NCBI RefSeq assembly: GCF_009914755.1
Contig: NC_060929.1
Source: the human T2T-CHM13v2.0 reference genome, Homo sapiens
Direction: 5' to 3' (one strand)
Length of the DNA: 64,000 bases
This document shows, one piece after another, positions 18,406-31,905 of the stretch. Position 1 is the stretch's first letter. Each line of letters begins with the position of its first letter. The notes below the pieces were generated by a model. It worked only from the letters and a program-made list of their open reading frames with translations, searched no databases and had not been told where the DNA came from. The position numbers were made by a program, and so were the translations under genes.

Positions 18406-19781
18406 TAAGGAGGATTAAGGAGTACAAGATGTAACGTCATCTCTTTGATGACTTGAGACTTTTTAGACTGGAAGTTGCTTAGAAATATTTAATAGACTAA
18501 ATCCTCTTAGATCTAACAGGTGACACAAGGAATGAAAATGAGAACAATAATGTTTCTATTTACTGGCAGTTACCGAATGACAAATGCTTTACATATATCA
18601 TCTCAGGTAACCCTGTGAGGAAGGTACCACGATCCTTAATTTACACATGAGGAATCAAGTCTCAGAGCAAGGGTCTCCATCAGAATGCAAGTGGCCGAGC
18701 TTAGATTTCAGCCCAGGTCCTTCCATCTCTAGAGCCTTTAACTGTTACATGGTTCTGCAAATAAAAATTGGAAGAGCCACTGCATTATCTCAAACCTAGT
18801 AGGTCTTTTCTTTTAAATTGAGAACAGTGCCTCTGCTTCTAGTTCTTGTGTTTTAGATGTATTTGTGCCTCTCCTTTCAGCAGCATTCCTTCAAAGCTCT
18901 GGGTTCTTGGAACAAATCCTATAGCTATTTCCTGGCAGCTTCTGATACTGACAACAGTTCTGCCTTCTGGAAAGCAGATGCTTGGTTGGTGCCTGCTTTG
19001 CTTTTCACCCCGCATTTTGGTGGGAATAAAGCCCCTTATTGATGACAAGAAGAGGTGCCTCCTTTTGGTTTTTGTCCCCACGGTTGATCAGATACAAAGA
19101 CAAGGGAGAATGATAGACTGTGATGACACTGAAATGATTCTGTCACTGAAAAACTGTTTGCTGCTGTTTGGAGGACTGTTTTCCCCCCTGCCCATTACAT
19201 AGTACTTTGGCATGCCTTCTAACAGCTGAGTAAAAAGAGACCAAGAGGAATGAAAAAGAGGTGAAGTTGAATCAAATGAAAGAAACGTGAGTCATGTGGG
19301 TCCACCATTGTGGACAAACCTACCTTCAACTCACATTTTCTTTTTAGTTTTCCCATTTGGTTCTCTGCCAGTTGACGGTTTGGGTGTCTGGCTACATTTT
19401 CTTTCTTTTTCTCATGAGTCACCTAGAGATTCAGTTATTTGAGCCAAGCCTCTGGAACAGTAATTCTCAAACTTTAGTATACCAGAGGATCACCTAGGGA
19501 ATCAAAAATGCCAATTCTTGAGCTCTTACCCCACAGATTTTATTTTAGAGAGTCTTGAGTGGGCCTGGCCCTGTGCCCATGTCCCTGCCTCCTGTGACAG
19601 ATGCCATCTGCTGATGCTGTTCTAGAGGAGATTGGCCAGTGATGGCAGCTGTGTGTTTCTGAACCCCTCTCAGTGCCCCTCTGCAGTGAGCCGGGGTTGG
19701 GCTTCCCCATCTTCCTGAGGTCAGACTCCTTATACTCTCAGTCAGCCTGAGTGATGGTCACCATACTGTGCTTTCTTCCAG

Positions 19782-19911
19782 AAACGTATTTTAGAAACTT
19801 GAAAAAGAAACTGACCCAGAACAAGCTCATCTTGAAGGGGGAGTTGATAACCTTACTACATTTGTGTGAGTCTCGGGACCATGTGGAACTGGCTAAAAAT
19901 GTCATTTACAG
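19782..19911 (+). CDS. PTCD2: PTCD2 exon 3 ([15 protein letters not shown]...KNVIYR)
   Basis: ctttcttccag acceptor, CAG|GTGAGG donor; 130 nt, phase 1-2. Confidence 0.96.
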
Positions 19912-20629
19912 GTGAGGCATTTCCTTAGAATGTTGCCACCCTTATCCCTTCTTACTCTGTTCCTTTCTATGAGCAGTCTGATCCACTTCGAAGTTGTTGC
20001 CACCTCTATACTAGTGACTTCCAGATCTCTTGTTCGGATGCCTACCTTGAACTCCAGACACCTACATTCACTTATTGTTGAGCACACACTTACTGGGTTC
20101 CTACTATATGCTGGGTGCTAAGGATAGAAAAGCAGATATTTTATGTCTAAAGAAGTTACCAGCCTATCACTGACATATCCCCTAGGTCTTCAAATTCATT
20201 ATGTACAAATTCACTCCTCTTCTTCTGTTTTCCTTCTCACTGGCTAGTCACTCAGGACAGATATTTTGGAGCCTCTTTACTCTCATGTCATTTGCCTCTC
20301 TTTCCTGATAGGGTAAGAAATCCTCTTGGTTCTACTTCCTTGGTATCTCCCTCAGCTCTAGCCTTCCTCTCTCTATCTCCGTTAGCAGTGTCTTAGTTCA
20401 CGCTTTAATGTCTCTCACCTAAATCCTTTCAGTGGACTCCTATTTTCCCTCCTCCAGTCCTGCTATACCTTTCTGATCCGTTATTAAAGTTTCCCATGTC
20501 AGAAAGAACTCGCATGTAAGCATAGCCTGCCACTGGGAAAGCCAGCAAAGGCTTCGCTTACCAGGGAGCAGTATGACATCAAATCAACAGACTTCATTTC
20601 TGAAATTAAATTCATTGCTCTTTTCCTTT

Positions 20630-20941
20630 TCTTTTTAAACTATTTTTTTTTTTTTTTTTGAGATGAAGTCTTGATCTGTTGCCCAGGCCAGAGTACAGTG
20701 GCACGATCTTTCAGCTCAATGCAACCTCCACCTCCAGGTTCAAGCAATTCTCTTGCCTCAGTCTCCCAAGTAGCTGGGGTTACAGGTGCCTGCCACCACA
20801 CCCGGCTAATTTTTGTATTTTTAGTAGAGAGTGGGTTTTGCCATATTGTCCAGGCTGGTCTCGAACTCCTAGACTCAAGTGATCCATCCACCTCAGCCTC
20901 CCAAAGGCTGGGATTACAGGCATGAGCCACCACGCCCAGCC
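20630..20941 (-). mobile_element. Alu
   Basis: Reverse-complement dimer. Confidence 0.95.
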
Positions 20942-21261
20942 CTCCTTTCCATTTTTAAAAGATCTGTTTCTATATATGAACCTGTATTTATATGTACATT
21001 TATAGAGAGAAATACAAGATAATCATATAAAGAATACTGGAAGATTCTCTACCAAAAGTTAACTGGTTCTCTAGGAATTATGGATTATGTATTTTTTGTT
21101 TATCTAAATGTATATTTTTCTGATTTCTCAAACTTGTCTACAGTGGACATTAATTTTATAACATGAAAAAAATGTCTTTTTTTAAGTAAAAATTAAAAAA
21201 TTCATTGAAAAATTGAAAAACACCAAAAAGTAGAGAGAAGTAATATGTCACAAATTCTGCT

Positions 21262-21760
21262 GTTTCAGTTGTCTGTTGCTGTATAACAACCCACACCAGA
21301 ACTTAATGGCTTAACACAGTAACTATTTATTATTTCTCATAATCCTGGAGTCAGGAATTCAGGCCCATCTCCACTGAGCAGTTCTTGGTTGGTGTCAGAT
21401 GAAGCCACTCACTCATCTGCAGTCAGCTGGTAGCTGGGCTGTACTACATGGTCCAAGAAGTCCTCTCTTGAGTTTGTGATGCCTCATTGCTCCTCCATGT
21501 GGCCTCTCCCTGTCTTTCTGGAGTGCCTCATTATTCATTTGTTGGTTTGAGCTGCACTGGCCCACAGCCCAGATGGGAGCTGCCAGGCATGATAGAGCTG
21601 CCCAGAATTGGCATGGCTTCTCTTGGTTAAGGCAAGTTGCCTGGCCAGACCAAAGTCAAGGGGAGGGGAAAAGGATTCTACCTCTGGATGGATGGAGCCA
21701 TATGCACATACAGAGAGGGAAGAAATTGATGGCAGCCATCTTTGGGGCCTGTTGCTCCCA
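21262..21760. mobile_element. MLT1-type MaLR LTR
   Basis: ttgctgtataacaacccacacc...acttaatggcttaa...ggagtcaggaattcagg motif. Confidence 0.65.
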
Positions 21761-22998
21761 TCTAAGAAACCACTGTTAATATTTTTGCATTTTTTTTTTT
21801 CACAGATGTAAAGATTTCATTGTTTTGGTAGATTTTGCTTTACATTGTTATAGTTATTGCTGTGTAATTATTTTCTAAATATAAATATTTTCATGTTAAT
21901 CATATCCTTAGGAATCATAGTTTAATGGCAATACAGTATTTATTATATGTTAGGTATTTTCATCAACTATGCCCATATTGTTGGACATTGAAGTTTTTTC
22001 TAATATTTCACCAGTATAAATAATGTCATGATGAGAAACTCGCTGCATAAAACTTACTCTTTGTTTCCTTTTGGGGATCAGGGGGTATGAACTTTTTAAA
22101 GTTTATCAATATATAACTGTCAGATTATTTTCCAAAAGTGTTATGCTAATTTAAAGTCACACTGTATCTACAAACTTAATTCTGTATTTCAGTTTCACAA
22201 AGTTAAATCATTTCCCTTTGGCATGTTTTCCTCTCATTTTACTACACAAAGCTATTCAATGTTTATAAGAGTAGTAAAATGAGATAAATATCCTGAACAC
22301 TCTTTCTACTCTTATTTTTATCATAAATATTCAAAGTATGACTTAGTTCCTTTACTGATGCTAATAAATCTCTACCCAGTTGCTGACCTTTTCCCTCTCT
22401 ACTTGTAGACAGCCGGACAAGTGGAAAGATGGGTAGATCCAAGGCTCCACCAACATGTTCTCTTTCTCCCTGAGTCAGGCAGCCCGTGGCTGGGAAAGGA
22501 GAGTCACGAGCTGAAACATAAGCTTTTTATTGAGCCAAAAATGGGGAGCATCTTAATACCCTCGTTATGTTGACCAAATGCTGTTTGGTTTATTGAGGGA
22601 TTTTAGACCCTCTTGAACATTTCTTGTCCAGAAGGCAATTCATTATCTCAGTGACTTTCTAGCACTTTTATTAATGTGAATGTCATTTAGCATGTTAATG
22701 TCAAATCAGAAACTTTTTTTTTGCTTTCTTTTGCTTTTAATCTGGCACAAGTTTCTCATGAGAATATTTACTGAAATATGTTGATTTTTGAAGATGTTTT
22801 CCTTAGCATGCCTTACGTTTTATAAAGATTTATATGTTGAAGACTTGTGTGCCAGGCACATCATCTCATTTAATCTTCACAAAAAAACTGAGTTGGGTTC
22901 TCTTCTTCCTTCCATTTTACAGATGAGGAGACGGAAGCACAGAGTAGTTAATTAATTTGCTCATCATCACACAAGTAGAAGAGCTAGGATTTGAATGA

Positions 22999-23409
<411 letters not shown>

Positions 23410-24427
23410 TATTTGTAACTTCTATAAGTGGATAATGAAATGTATCAAAGTACACCTCATCATTCTATTATGGTATCATTGTAGTATATGCATTTAGAAT
23501 AGACTAGCGTAATACTACTCTGACTCCTCGATGATTTTTAGCAGAAGGTAAAAAGTATCCTGTTTTATCATCAGCGCTTCTCCCCAAGGTATTTTAGATT
23601 CACTCATTATATGAATCTAAATCTGAAAGAAATATGAATATGAAGATTCTTAATGAATAAGTCTTTCTAAAATCTGATTTATGTGTAATCATGAGGTGTT
23701 GATTTTGTCATATATTGTCCTCTTGGTGTCTAAAGCAAAAAGAATTGGTTATTGAAAGTAAATTTACAGTAGTGATATGCAGTTCTGACTGGCAGACTGG
23801 CTGCCTGTAGAAATCTCAAGCCACATAGAAGACATCATTATCTTTGAGATTAGCCTTTTCCTAAAACTTAAACATTCAAAACCACATTTAATTTGTTTAG
23901 CCAGGTGATCATAGCCCAGGTGTACCTTTCTCAAGCTTAGAAAAGCAGAGAGTTGCTGTAAATTGTAAATGTGACTGTTGGTTGTCTGCCATCCTATATG
24001 AGGATGAAACCAGCCTCCAGGAGCACAGAGCATCACCCCCACTTCTTTCCCTTGTTCTCCTCTGGGTGGGGCCCATTCTGATGCACTTACAGATGCTACT
24101 AGACTCCTGCTGTTTCTTAAGGTGTGCTCACACTCAGTCTAGGGGTTGTTTCTAAATTTAGAGAATGATTACAACATACGTTTTTCCTCTGTTTCTTTTA
24201 TTTTATGTCAGTCTGCTGTAAATTCTGTTTACTTGTTTAAATGATTGGTGTACTTCTGCACTCCAGGATTCCTGATTGTCTGAAATCTCCATTTCTCCCC
24301 CTCCAGACTGTGAGAGGACTTCGTTCTCTGTTGTGTCCCAGTACCTGGCACAGTACCTGCCATAGTCTGTGTCTGTCCTTTTTCCTGTGTCCTACCTTTT
24401 GGCTCATTGAATCATTTTCATTACCAG

Positions 24428-24545
24428 GTACCATGCAGAGAACAAAAATTTCACTTTGGGGGAGTATAAATTTGGACCGCTTTTTGTGAGGTTGTGTTAC
24501 GAGTTGGATCTCGAGGAATCTGCAGTGGAGCTCATGAAAGACCAG
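24428..24545 (+). CDS. PTCD2: PTCD2 exon 4 ([39 protein letters not shown])
   Basis: ttttcattaccag acceptor, CAG|GTTATT donor; 118 nt, phase 2-0. Confidence 0.95.
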
Positions 24546-25959
24546 GTTATTGTTTCCTAATTGTTTTCTCTGCCAATGTGTGTGTTTTTGGTGATATTGG
24601 AAAAGGCATGTCTTCTATGTACATTATTCCTGGGTTAGATTTTCAAAGAAAGGCTGCTGGGGCTGAATGAGCACATCTCTGCATTTTTAAGTTTCCTTGC
24701 AGTCAGTTTGTGTGAAGGGGGGTGGAGTAATATAGAACAAGTGTGGAGGAGGTATAGGTACAGATGATCCTACCTTGGATGTGTATCAATGTGGGTTGTA
24801 CACCTGCTTTTTTAGGGGCTTTCAATAGAGAAGAGCTTAAGACAGTCTCCATTTAAAGACTGACATTCCTATCCTTTACCTGTATTCCCTCTCGATTTTG
24901 TATTTGTATTTTTCTGGTTGAAGACTACATTTGGGAAGTGCTTTTCTATTTTCAAAATACTTTCCGTCACATATTCTGACTTTCTGTTCCTAAAAACAAA
25001 AGTAAATAATTATTTTTACAGCTACTCATTGAATATTTACTATGTCTTCAGCATTGTGTTTAAGTACTTTAAATGTTTCATTTTATTTGTTTCTCACAAT
25101 AGCCCTGATAAGGTAGATTTCCATTTTGTAGATAAAGAAACTAGGACCTAGAGACATTATAAATTCATTCATTCATTATGAAGTCATTTTGATTACTAGA
25201 TGCCATGTAGAGAACAGAAACATCACTTTGGGGGAGTGTAAGCTTAGACTGCTTTTCATGAGGCTGTGTTTCCCATAATCAGAAACATTTGCTAAATTTT
25301 GGGGCCACGGCTGGCCACCAGGTACCTTTTTGTATATTTAGGAACTTACATAACAAGTTGAGTTGTTCTTCTGCCTCTTACTCTTTTTTTATACAAAATT
25401 TTCTCTGTACATGGTGGGCATGTTAACTCTAGACTTGCTCCTATTTAATGACACCTGTGTATTAGAAAGATACCCATAATATATTAGTAAGCAGAGAAAA
25501 GGTTGTTTCGGAACAGTACAGATAGTTTGATCCTGTTTTTTTTTGTTCCATAAGAAAAGACACATATTAACATTAACATTTTAACAAAATATAAATACAT
25601 AGATACTGGAAAGATAGACACTAAATCACTTTATCTTTAGGGGGTAGAATTATTAAAAATTCTCACTTTTTACTTTATACATTTTTGTATTATTTGACTA
25701 TTTTTAATAAACATATGTTAATGTTTCAGTTAAAGGAAAACAAAAGCTTCCCACTGTAATAAATCATAGCCATGAGTATGGTGATAAAAACAAAAATAAA
25801 AAAGATGAAAGCAAACGGGTTTTTTTTAGCCTGCTTGTATATGAAAAAGTCATGTATAGGTAAATTTTCTGGAGTAGAATGGACAAATTCGAGTAAGTGA
25901 CATAGGACCTAATCCTGCTTCTAGCCGAACTTCTCTTGTTCCCTACTTACAACCCTGTA

Positions 25960-26215
25960 GTGTTGCCAGCATGGTAGCCACATGGAGTCATTGAACTGTG
26001 GCTAACTCAAATTTACATGTGCTGTAAGTATAAAATATATGATGGATTTTAATTACTTGTTATAAAAAGAATGCAATGTATGTTAATTTTTATATTGATT
26101 ACATGTTGAAATTACATCTTGGATATAGTGGGTTAAATAATTTAGTCTATTTCTGTTTACTTTTTTAAATGAGGCTAATTGAAAATTTAGAGTCACATAC
26201 ATTGTGATTCTAAAA
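25960..26215. mobile_element. MER33-like hAT relic
   Basis: atggtagccacatg...gtggctaa...tgtgctgtaagtataaaata motif. Confidence 0.6.
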
Positions 26216-27022
26216 TATCCTTGGTGACTCAAAATGCTTTTCCATTGGCTGGGGCTGCTCTGGTGGCTTTCCCTCACACTTAGAAGAAAACCCAGACCCT
26301 TGACTCTGACCTAGGGGGCCCATTGTGCCATCTCCCCTTTCTCCCTTGCTGACTTCACTCTGGACCTGCATGTTCTTCCTCAGCCATGGCGAGCTCACAG
26401 CCTCTAACTGGAACATTCTGCATTCTTATCCTTGAGGCTCCCTCCTTGACCTCACTGAGGTCTCTTCTCACAGTGCCTTCCCTGACTACCTTCCATCCAT
26501 CTTCTCTACTTGCTCTTCATAGACTTTACTAATAGCTGAAATTAATATTTTTTTTCACTTGTCTTATTCACTGTCTTCTCCACCAGAATTTAAGCTCTAC
26601 TAGATTATAAACCCTAGTAGGGTTTTGAGCAGGGTGTATATCCTGTTTATCATTTCTTTATTCTCAGCACCTAGAACAGGGTCTGCATAGTAGGTGATCG
26701 GAAAAGAGTGAACTTGAGCAAGGCATTTAATGACACATTTGAATACCATGTGTCCCATTATCATGGCACACAAAATGTTGAGATGTTAGCAAGATGTTGG
26801 TCAAAGGATACAAAATTTCAGTAAGATGGAATAAGTTCAAGGGATTTCTCTGTACAACATAGTGACTATAGTTAATGACAATGTATTGTATTCTTCAAAA
26901 TTGCCTAAAGAATAGGTTTTATGTACTTTCACCACACAAAATGAGTATGTGAAGTAATGCATATGTTAATTAGCTTGGCTTAGCCATTCTGTAATATATA
27001 CATATTTCAAAACAACATACTG

Positions 27023-27336
27023 TTTTTTGGGGTTTTTTTTGGATACAGGGTCTTGCTCCGTCACCTAAGCGGGAATACAGTGGCACTATTATCATAGCTC
27101 ATTGCAGTCTCATAACTCTTGGGTTCAAGTGATCGTCCTACCTCAGTCTCCCAAGTAGCTAGGATTCCAGCCTTGTGCCACCACACCCAGCTAATTTTTT
27201 AAATTTTTATTATTTTTTTTAAGAGATGGGATCTTGCTGTATTGCCCAGGCTGGTCCTGAACTCTTGGCCTCAAGTGATCCCGCCTCTCCCTCCCAAAGT
27301 ACTGGGATTACAGGCGTGAGCCACCACACCTGGCCA
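27023..27336 (-). mobile_element. AluJ inserted in an L1MA-type 3' fragment (~26790-27380)
   Basis: Diverged dimer flanked by L1 3' UTR sequence (ggtcaaaggatacaaaatttcag). Confidence 0.88.
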
Positions 27337-27712
27337 AATATATACAATTTTTATTTGTCAATTAAATAAATACATACAGACAAGTTGGAAAAAAATGTTG
27401 AGAACCACTGTTTTGGAGAATTATTTCAAAAGGCGAATAATCAATTCTGTATTATCCGTTGCCAAAAAAAGACCATAGTTGTGTGAGACCCTCCTGCCTT
27501 AGTCCTCAAGTATATTTATAGCTGCCATTTCATGTTAATAGCTGGCACCTAGTTTCCAGGACCACTCTGCCAGGGTTAACTGGCTAGTTTCTTTTCTCCT
27601 AAGCATGACAAATGACGGTTCCTTAAAGACGTCCTTCATGGTAATTATGAAACCCAGAGATCTCTTGCTATACCTCTCAGCATGACAGCCAAGAGAGTGG
27701 ACAGCATTTTAA

Positions 27713-28018
27713 CTTTTTTCTTTTTTTTTTTTTCTTTTTGAGACGGAGTCTCGCCCTGTCACCCAGGCTGGAGTGCAGTGGCGTGATCTCGGCTTACTGC
27801 AGCCTCCACCTCCTGGGTTCAAGCAATTCTCTGCCTCAGCCTCCTGAGTAGCTGGGATTACAGGTGCCCACCACCATGCCCAGCTAATTTTTGTATTTTT
27901 AGTAGAGACGGGGTTTCACCATGTTGGCCAGGCTGGTCTTGAACTTCTGACCTCGTGATCCACCTGCCTTGGGCTCCCAAAGTGCTGAGATTATAGGCGT
28001 GAGCCACCACGCCCGGCC
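27713..28018 (-). mobile_element. Alu (S-type)
   Basis: Reverse-complement dimer; TSD aactttt. Confidence 0.95.
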
Positions 28019-28187
28019 AACTTTTCAAAAATAAAACCTGGGTATATAAAATATATTAGAGAATTCAGAAGGCCAAATGAGTAAAGCATGCAGAATAATA
28101 AGACCTGGCTAGATAAGAGACAGTAAAAGTACCTCCTCAATAAATAGTTTTAACTTTTAACCAAACTGTATTGTTCTTCTTCGTTAG

Positions 28188-28266
28188 CATTTACGAGGTT
28201 TCTTCTCAGACTCCACATCATTCAATATTTTGATGGATATGTTATTTATCAAAGGCAAATATAAAA
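28188..28266 (+). CDS. PTCD2: PTCD2 exon 5 ([26 protein letters not shown]), start of PPR motif
   Basis: ttcttcttcgttag acceptor, AAA|GTAAGT donor; 79 nt, phase 0-1; SFNILMD is PPR helix-A-like. Confidence 0.96.
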
Positions 28267-28359
28267 GTAAGTACTGCAATTTCTATTTGCTGAAAAATTC
28301 TGCCATGTTTGCTGGCATAGGAACTAGGGGGAAAAATGAGTCATGCAAAAATGATTCTT

Positions 28360-28639
<280 letters not shown>

Positions 28640-28963
28640 AAAAATGATTCTTATATCCCTGATAAGTGGCTGAATTCTGGAGACCTTAGGAAGTTTGAAA
28701 ACATTGCATTGCATGTCATCCCTTAAACTAAATATCCCAGATTTTACTTATGCTAAAATTGTGAAGCAGCTTTTAAAACATTAGTTCTTCCTGTTTGACT
28801 TGATAGTTTATTTCAACATTTAGTTAATTGCTAAATGACTTTGAGGAATAGCTTTTATTTTGTTGAAATACACTTTTCTGTAGATGGTGCTGAACAGATG
28901 AGAGCTTTGGGGGCCAACAGTAGAGGAACTCTAACACTGCGATCCACTCTTCACTTTTGGCAG

Positions 28964-29055
28964 GTGCTTTGCAAGTATTGATAGAGATGAAAAACCAAGA
29001 TGTGAAGTTCACCAAAGATACCTATGTTCTTGCTTTTGCAATTTGCTACAAACTG
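28964..29055 (+). CDS. PTCD2: PTCD2 exon 6 ([31 protein letters not shown])
   Basis: cttttggcag acceptor, CTG|GTAAGA donor; 92 nt, phase 1-0; PPR helix-B-like [13 protein letters not shown]. Confidence 0.96.
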
Positions 29056-29719
29056 GTAAGACTCTTTCCTCTTAACTTTGAGAGCATTGTGTGTAGTCTT
29101 TGAGAGAGGATTTTTCTTCTCTCTACAAATAAAATTCAGTTCCTCTGAAATCTGTTTTCCATCTGGTGCAAATGTTTTAATTTTAAATGTTTTTATTTTT
29201 AGAAAACTCAAGTTAGCCATATCAGGCAGTTTTATGGGAAAAGTAATTTTTTCATCTTTCACTCTTCTCTGGTGATTGTGTAGATAGTGAGAACAAGAGG
29301 CAATGTGTTGGGTTCAGGCTCTGCTTTAAAGTCATCACGCATGCTGGACTCTGCTAGATCCATCTTCCCTGTTGTCCTTGTCTATGGAAATCTTAGCTTC
29401 CTTCATTGGTGAGCTCAAGGACTACTTTGTCCTCATATGTGAAGGCTTTTGCAATCACCGAAACTGGAAGTGATGTTTGTCACCTCCAGATATCCCTTAA
29501 TTTTGCTCTATTTGTGTCACCTCCCTGGTACTTCTGACACAGCTTAATGTACTTAGCAGATGCACGTTCCATTCTCTCCACTTGAGTGTGAGCTCCTTGA
29601 GGTTTCTTTGTATCCCACCACCTAACACAGTGCCTGGTATCCAGTAGTTCTTTAATAAACGTATGTGACATGAAAATGAAGTCCAAGGACAGAGACCATG
29701 ACTTATACGTTCTTTTATC

Positions 29720-29906
<187 letters not shown>

Positions 29907-30311
29907 TTATTATTACTGTACCAGGATTATTTCTTGCCCATAGAAACTCTTTCTTCAATGTTTAGTGAATGATCATTGAAATAGTGAAATGATCAATGTT
30001 TAATGTATTACTGTTGTCATTCGTATCACTTAAACTTTGGAAACCTGGCACACAAAACCTCTTTATACTGAAAACAAAGGAACATGAAGCGAAGTAGAAG
30101 AACATGGGCTGTTGAAAAACTCCCCTGAAGAATGTAGCAATACCAGTTTTCCAAAACAAGGGGATAGCTGGGTTATAGTGGAAAGAAAACCAAGTGGAAA
30201 TTGAGAAACTTGGAGTCTAGTCTCAACTTTGGTATTATATAGCTTATATATATGACTTATATAGCTGTGAACTGATCACCTATCTCATTTTACAAATGAG
30301 ATGGTTAGATT

Positions 30312-30505
30312 TGGGAGTCAGCAAACTTTTTTTATGAAAAGCTAGATAGTAAATATTTTAGGCTTTGGGGGCCACATATGTCTCTGCCTCATGTGATCTC
30401 TGCCCCATATTCTTTGTTTTTGTTTTTACAGGCCTTTAAAAATGTTAAAGTCATTCTTAGCTGTAGGCTACATTTAGCCCAAGGGTCATAGTTTGCTGAC
30501 CTCTG
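30312..30505. mobile_element. MER58-like hAT MITE
   Basis: Terminal inverted repeats gtcagcaaact / agtttgctgac. Confidence 0.8.
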
Positions 30506-30625
30506 GATTCAATAATTCTTTCCATTCATACCATTCTATGATTCTAGGAGGCCAAAAAAAAAACACCACACAGCACTAGAGCATCACTTATTCAGCATTG
30601 AAATTCCCAGCCTTCTTGTCCTCTA

Positions 30626-30991
<366 letters not shown>

Positions 30992-31791
30992 TTAGGAAAG
31001 GCCAGAGGACTTTTCTCCCCTGTGTCATGTCCAAGAATAACTTGTTTCACCCAGTGGAGATGAGTTGAAAAAGTGATCTGGTCAGCCAGTACAAATTCCA
31101 CATCAATTCTGGGAACTGTCCTCTCTCATCCCATTTGAACTCTATTTTGACAGGAGTTGCAACTCCCGTTATGACAGATGACAAAGTTGCACAGCCAGGC
31201 TGCTGTCATAAACCTAATCCCCTGCAGCATGCACAAAGGAAGAGGATTTGGTTTTACCACTGCTGTTTTTATATCACTGACATTCTTGGATTTTTTTTTA
31301 AAGGTTTCTGTTTTCATGGGATTCTTTTATAATTTATGTTCAAATTAGTGTTCGTGTTTTCAAATATTTGACATATGAATATTTTCAGATTGGAAATCCC
31401 CCAGAAAAAGTTTCCTGGTGTTGTTGAGCCTTAATCAGCTATTTCATATAGTAGCAGGCAGAACCTTTATACTCATAAATTATGGGGTCTTTGTCTAGAA
31501 ACTAGCCTGCCCAGATACAAAGACATGTGTATGTTTTCTGGTTAAAACTGCCCCAATTCAGAAAATTGAAAATGAGCTTTAAAAATAAAGTTAATTTAGA
31601 TTTGACCTGCTAGCCTATCAGTAGCCTGGTGTATTTGCAAATAGTCTTTATATGGGGCTTAATCTTTTAAGTGGCTTGAGGGAGGCTCTAGGAAATCCTT
31701 ACAAAAGGAACTATAAATACTGAGCACTATTAATCATTTTATTGAACTTAAAGGTTTATAACATTAATCGAACAATCCTGTCTCCTCACAG

Positions 31792-31905
31792 AATAGCCCT
31801 GAGTCTTTCAAAATCTGTACTACATTAAGAGAAGAAGCTCTACTCAAAGGAGAAATTCTCTCCAGGAGAGCATCCTGTTTCGCTGTGGCATTAGCTCTGA
31901 ATCAG
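31792..31905 (+). CDS. PTCD2: PTCD2 exon 7 ([38 protein letters not shown])
   Basis: tctcctcacag acceptor, CAG|GTAAAG donor; 114 nt, phase 0-0. Confidence 0.95.

Noticed and set aside
18970-19000. Small hairpin aaagcag...ctgcttt as a possible ncRNA
   Set aside because: Only a 7-bp stem; no snoRNA boxes or pre-miRNA-length duplex
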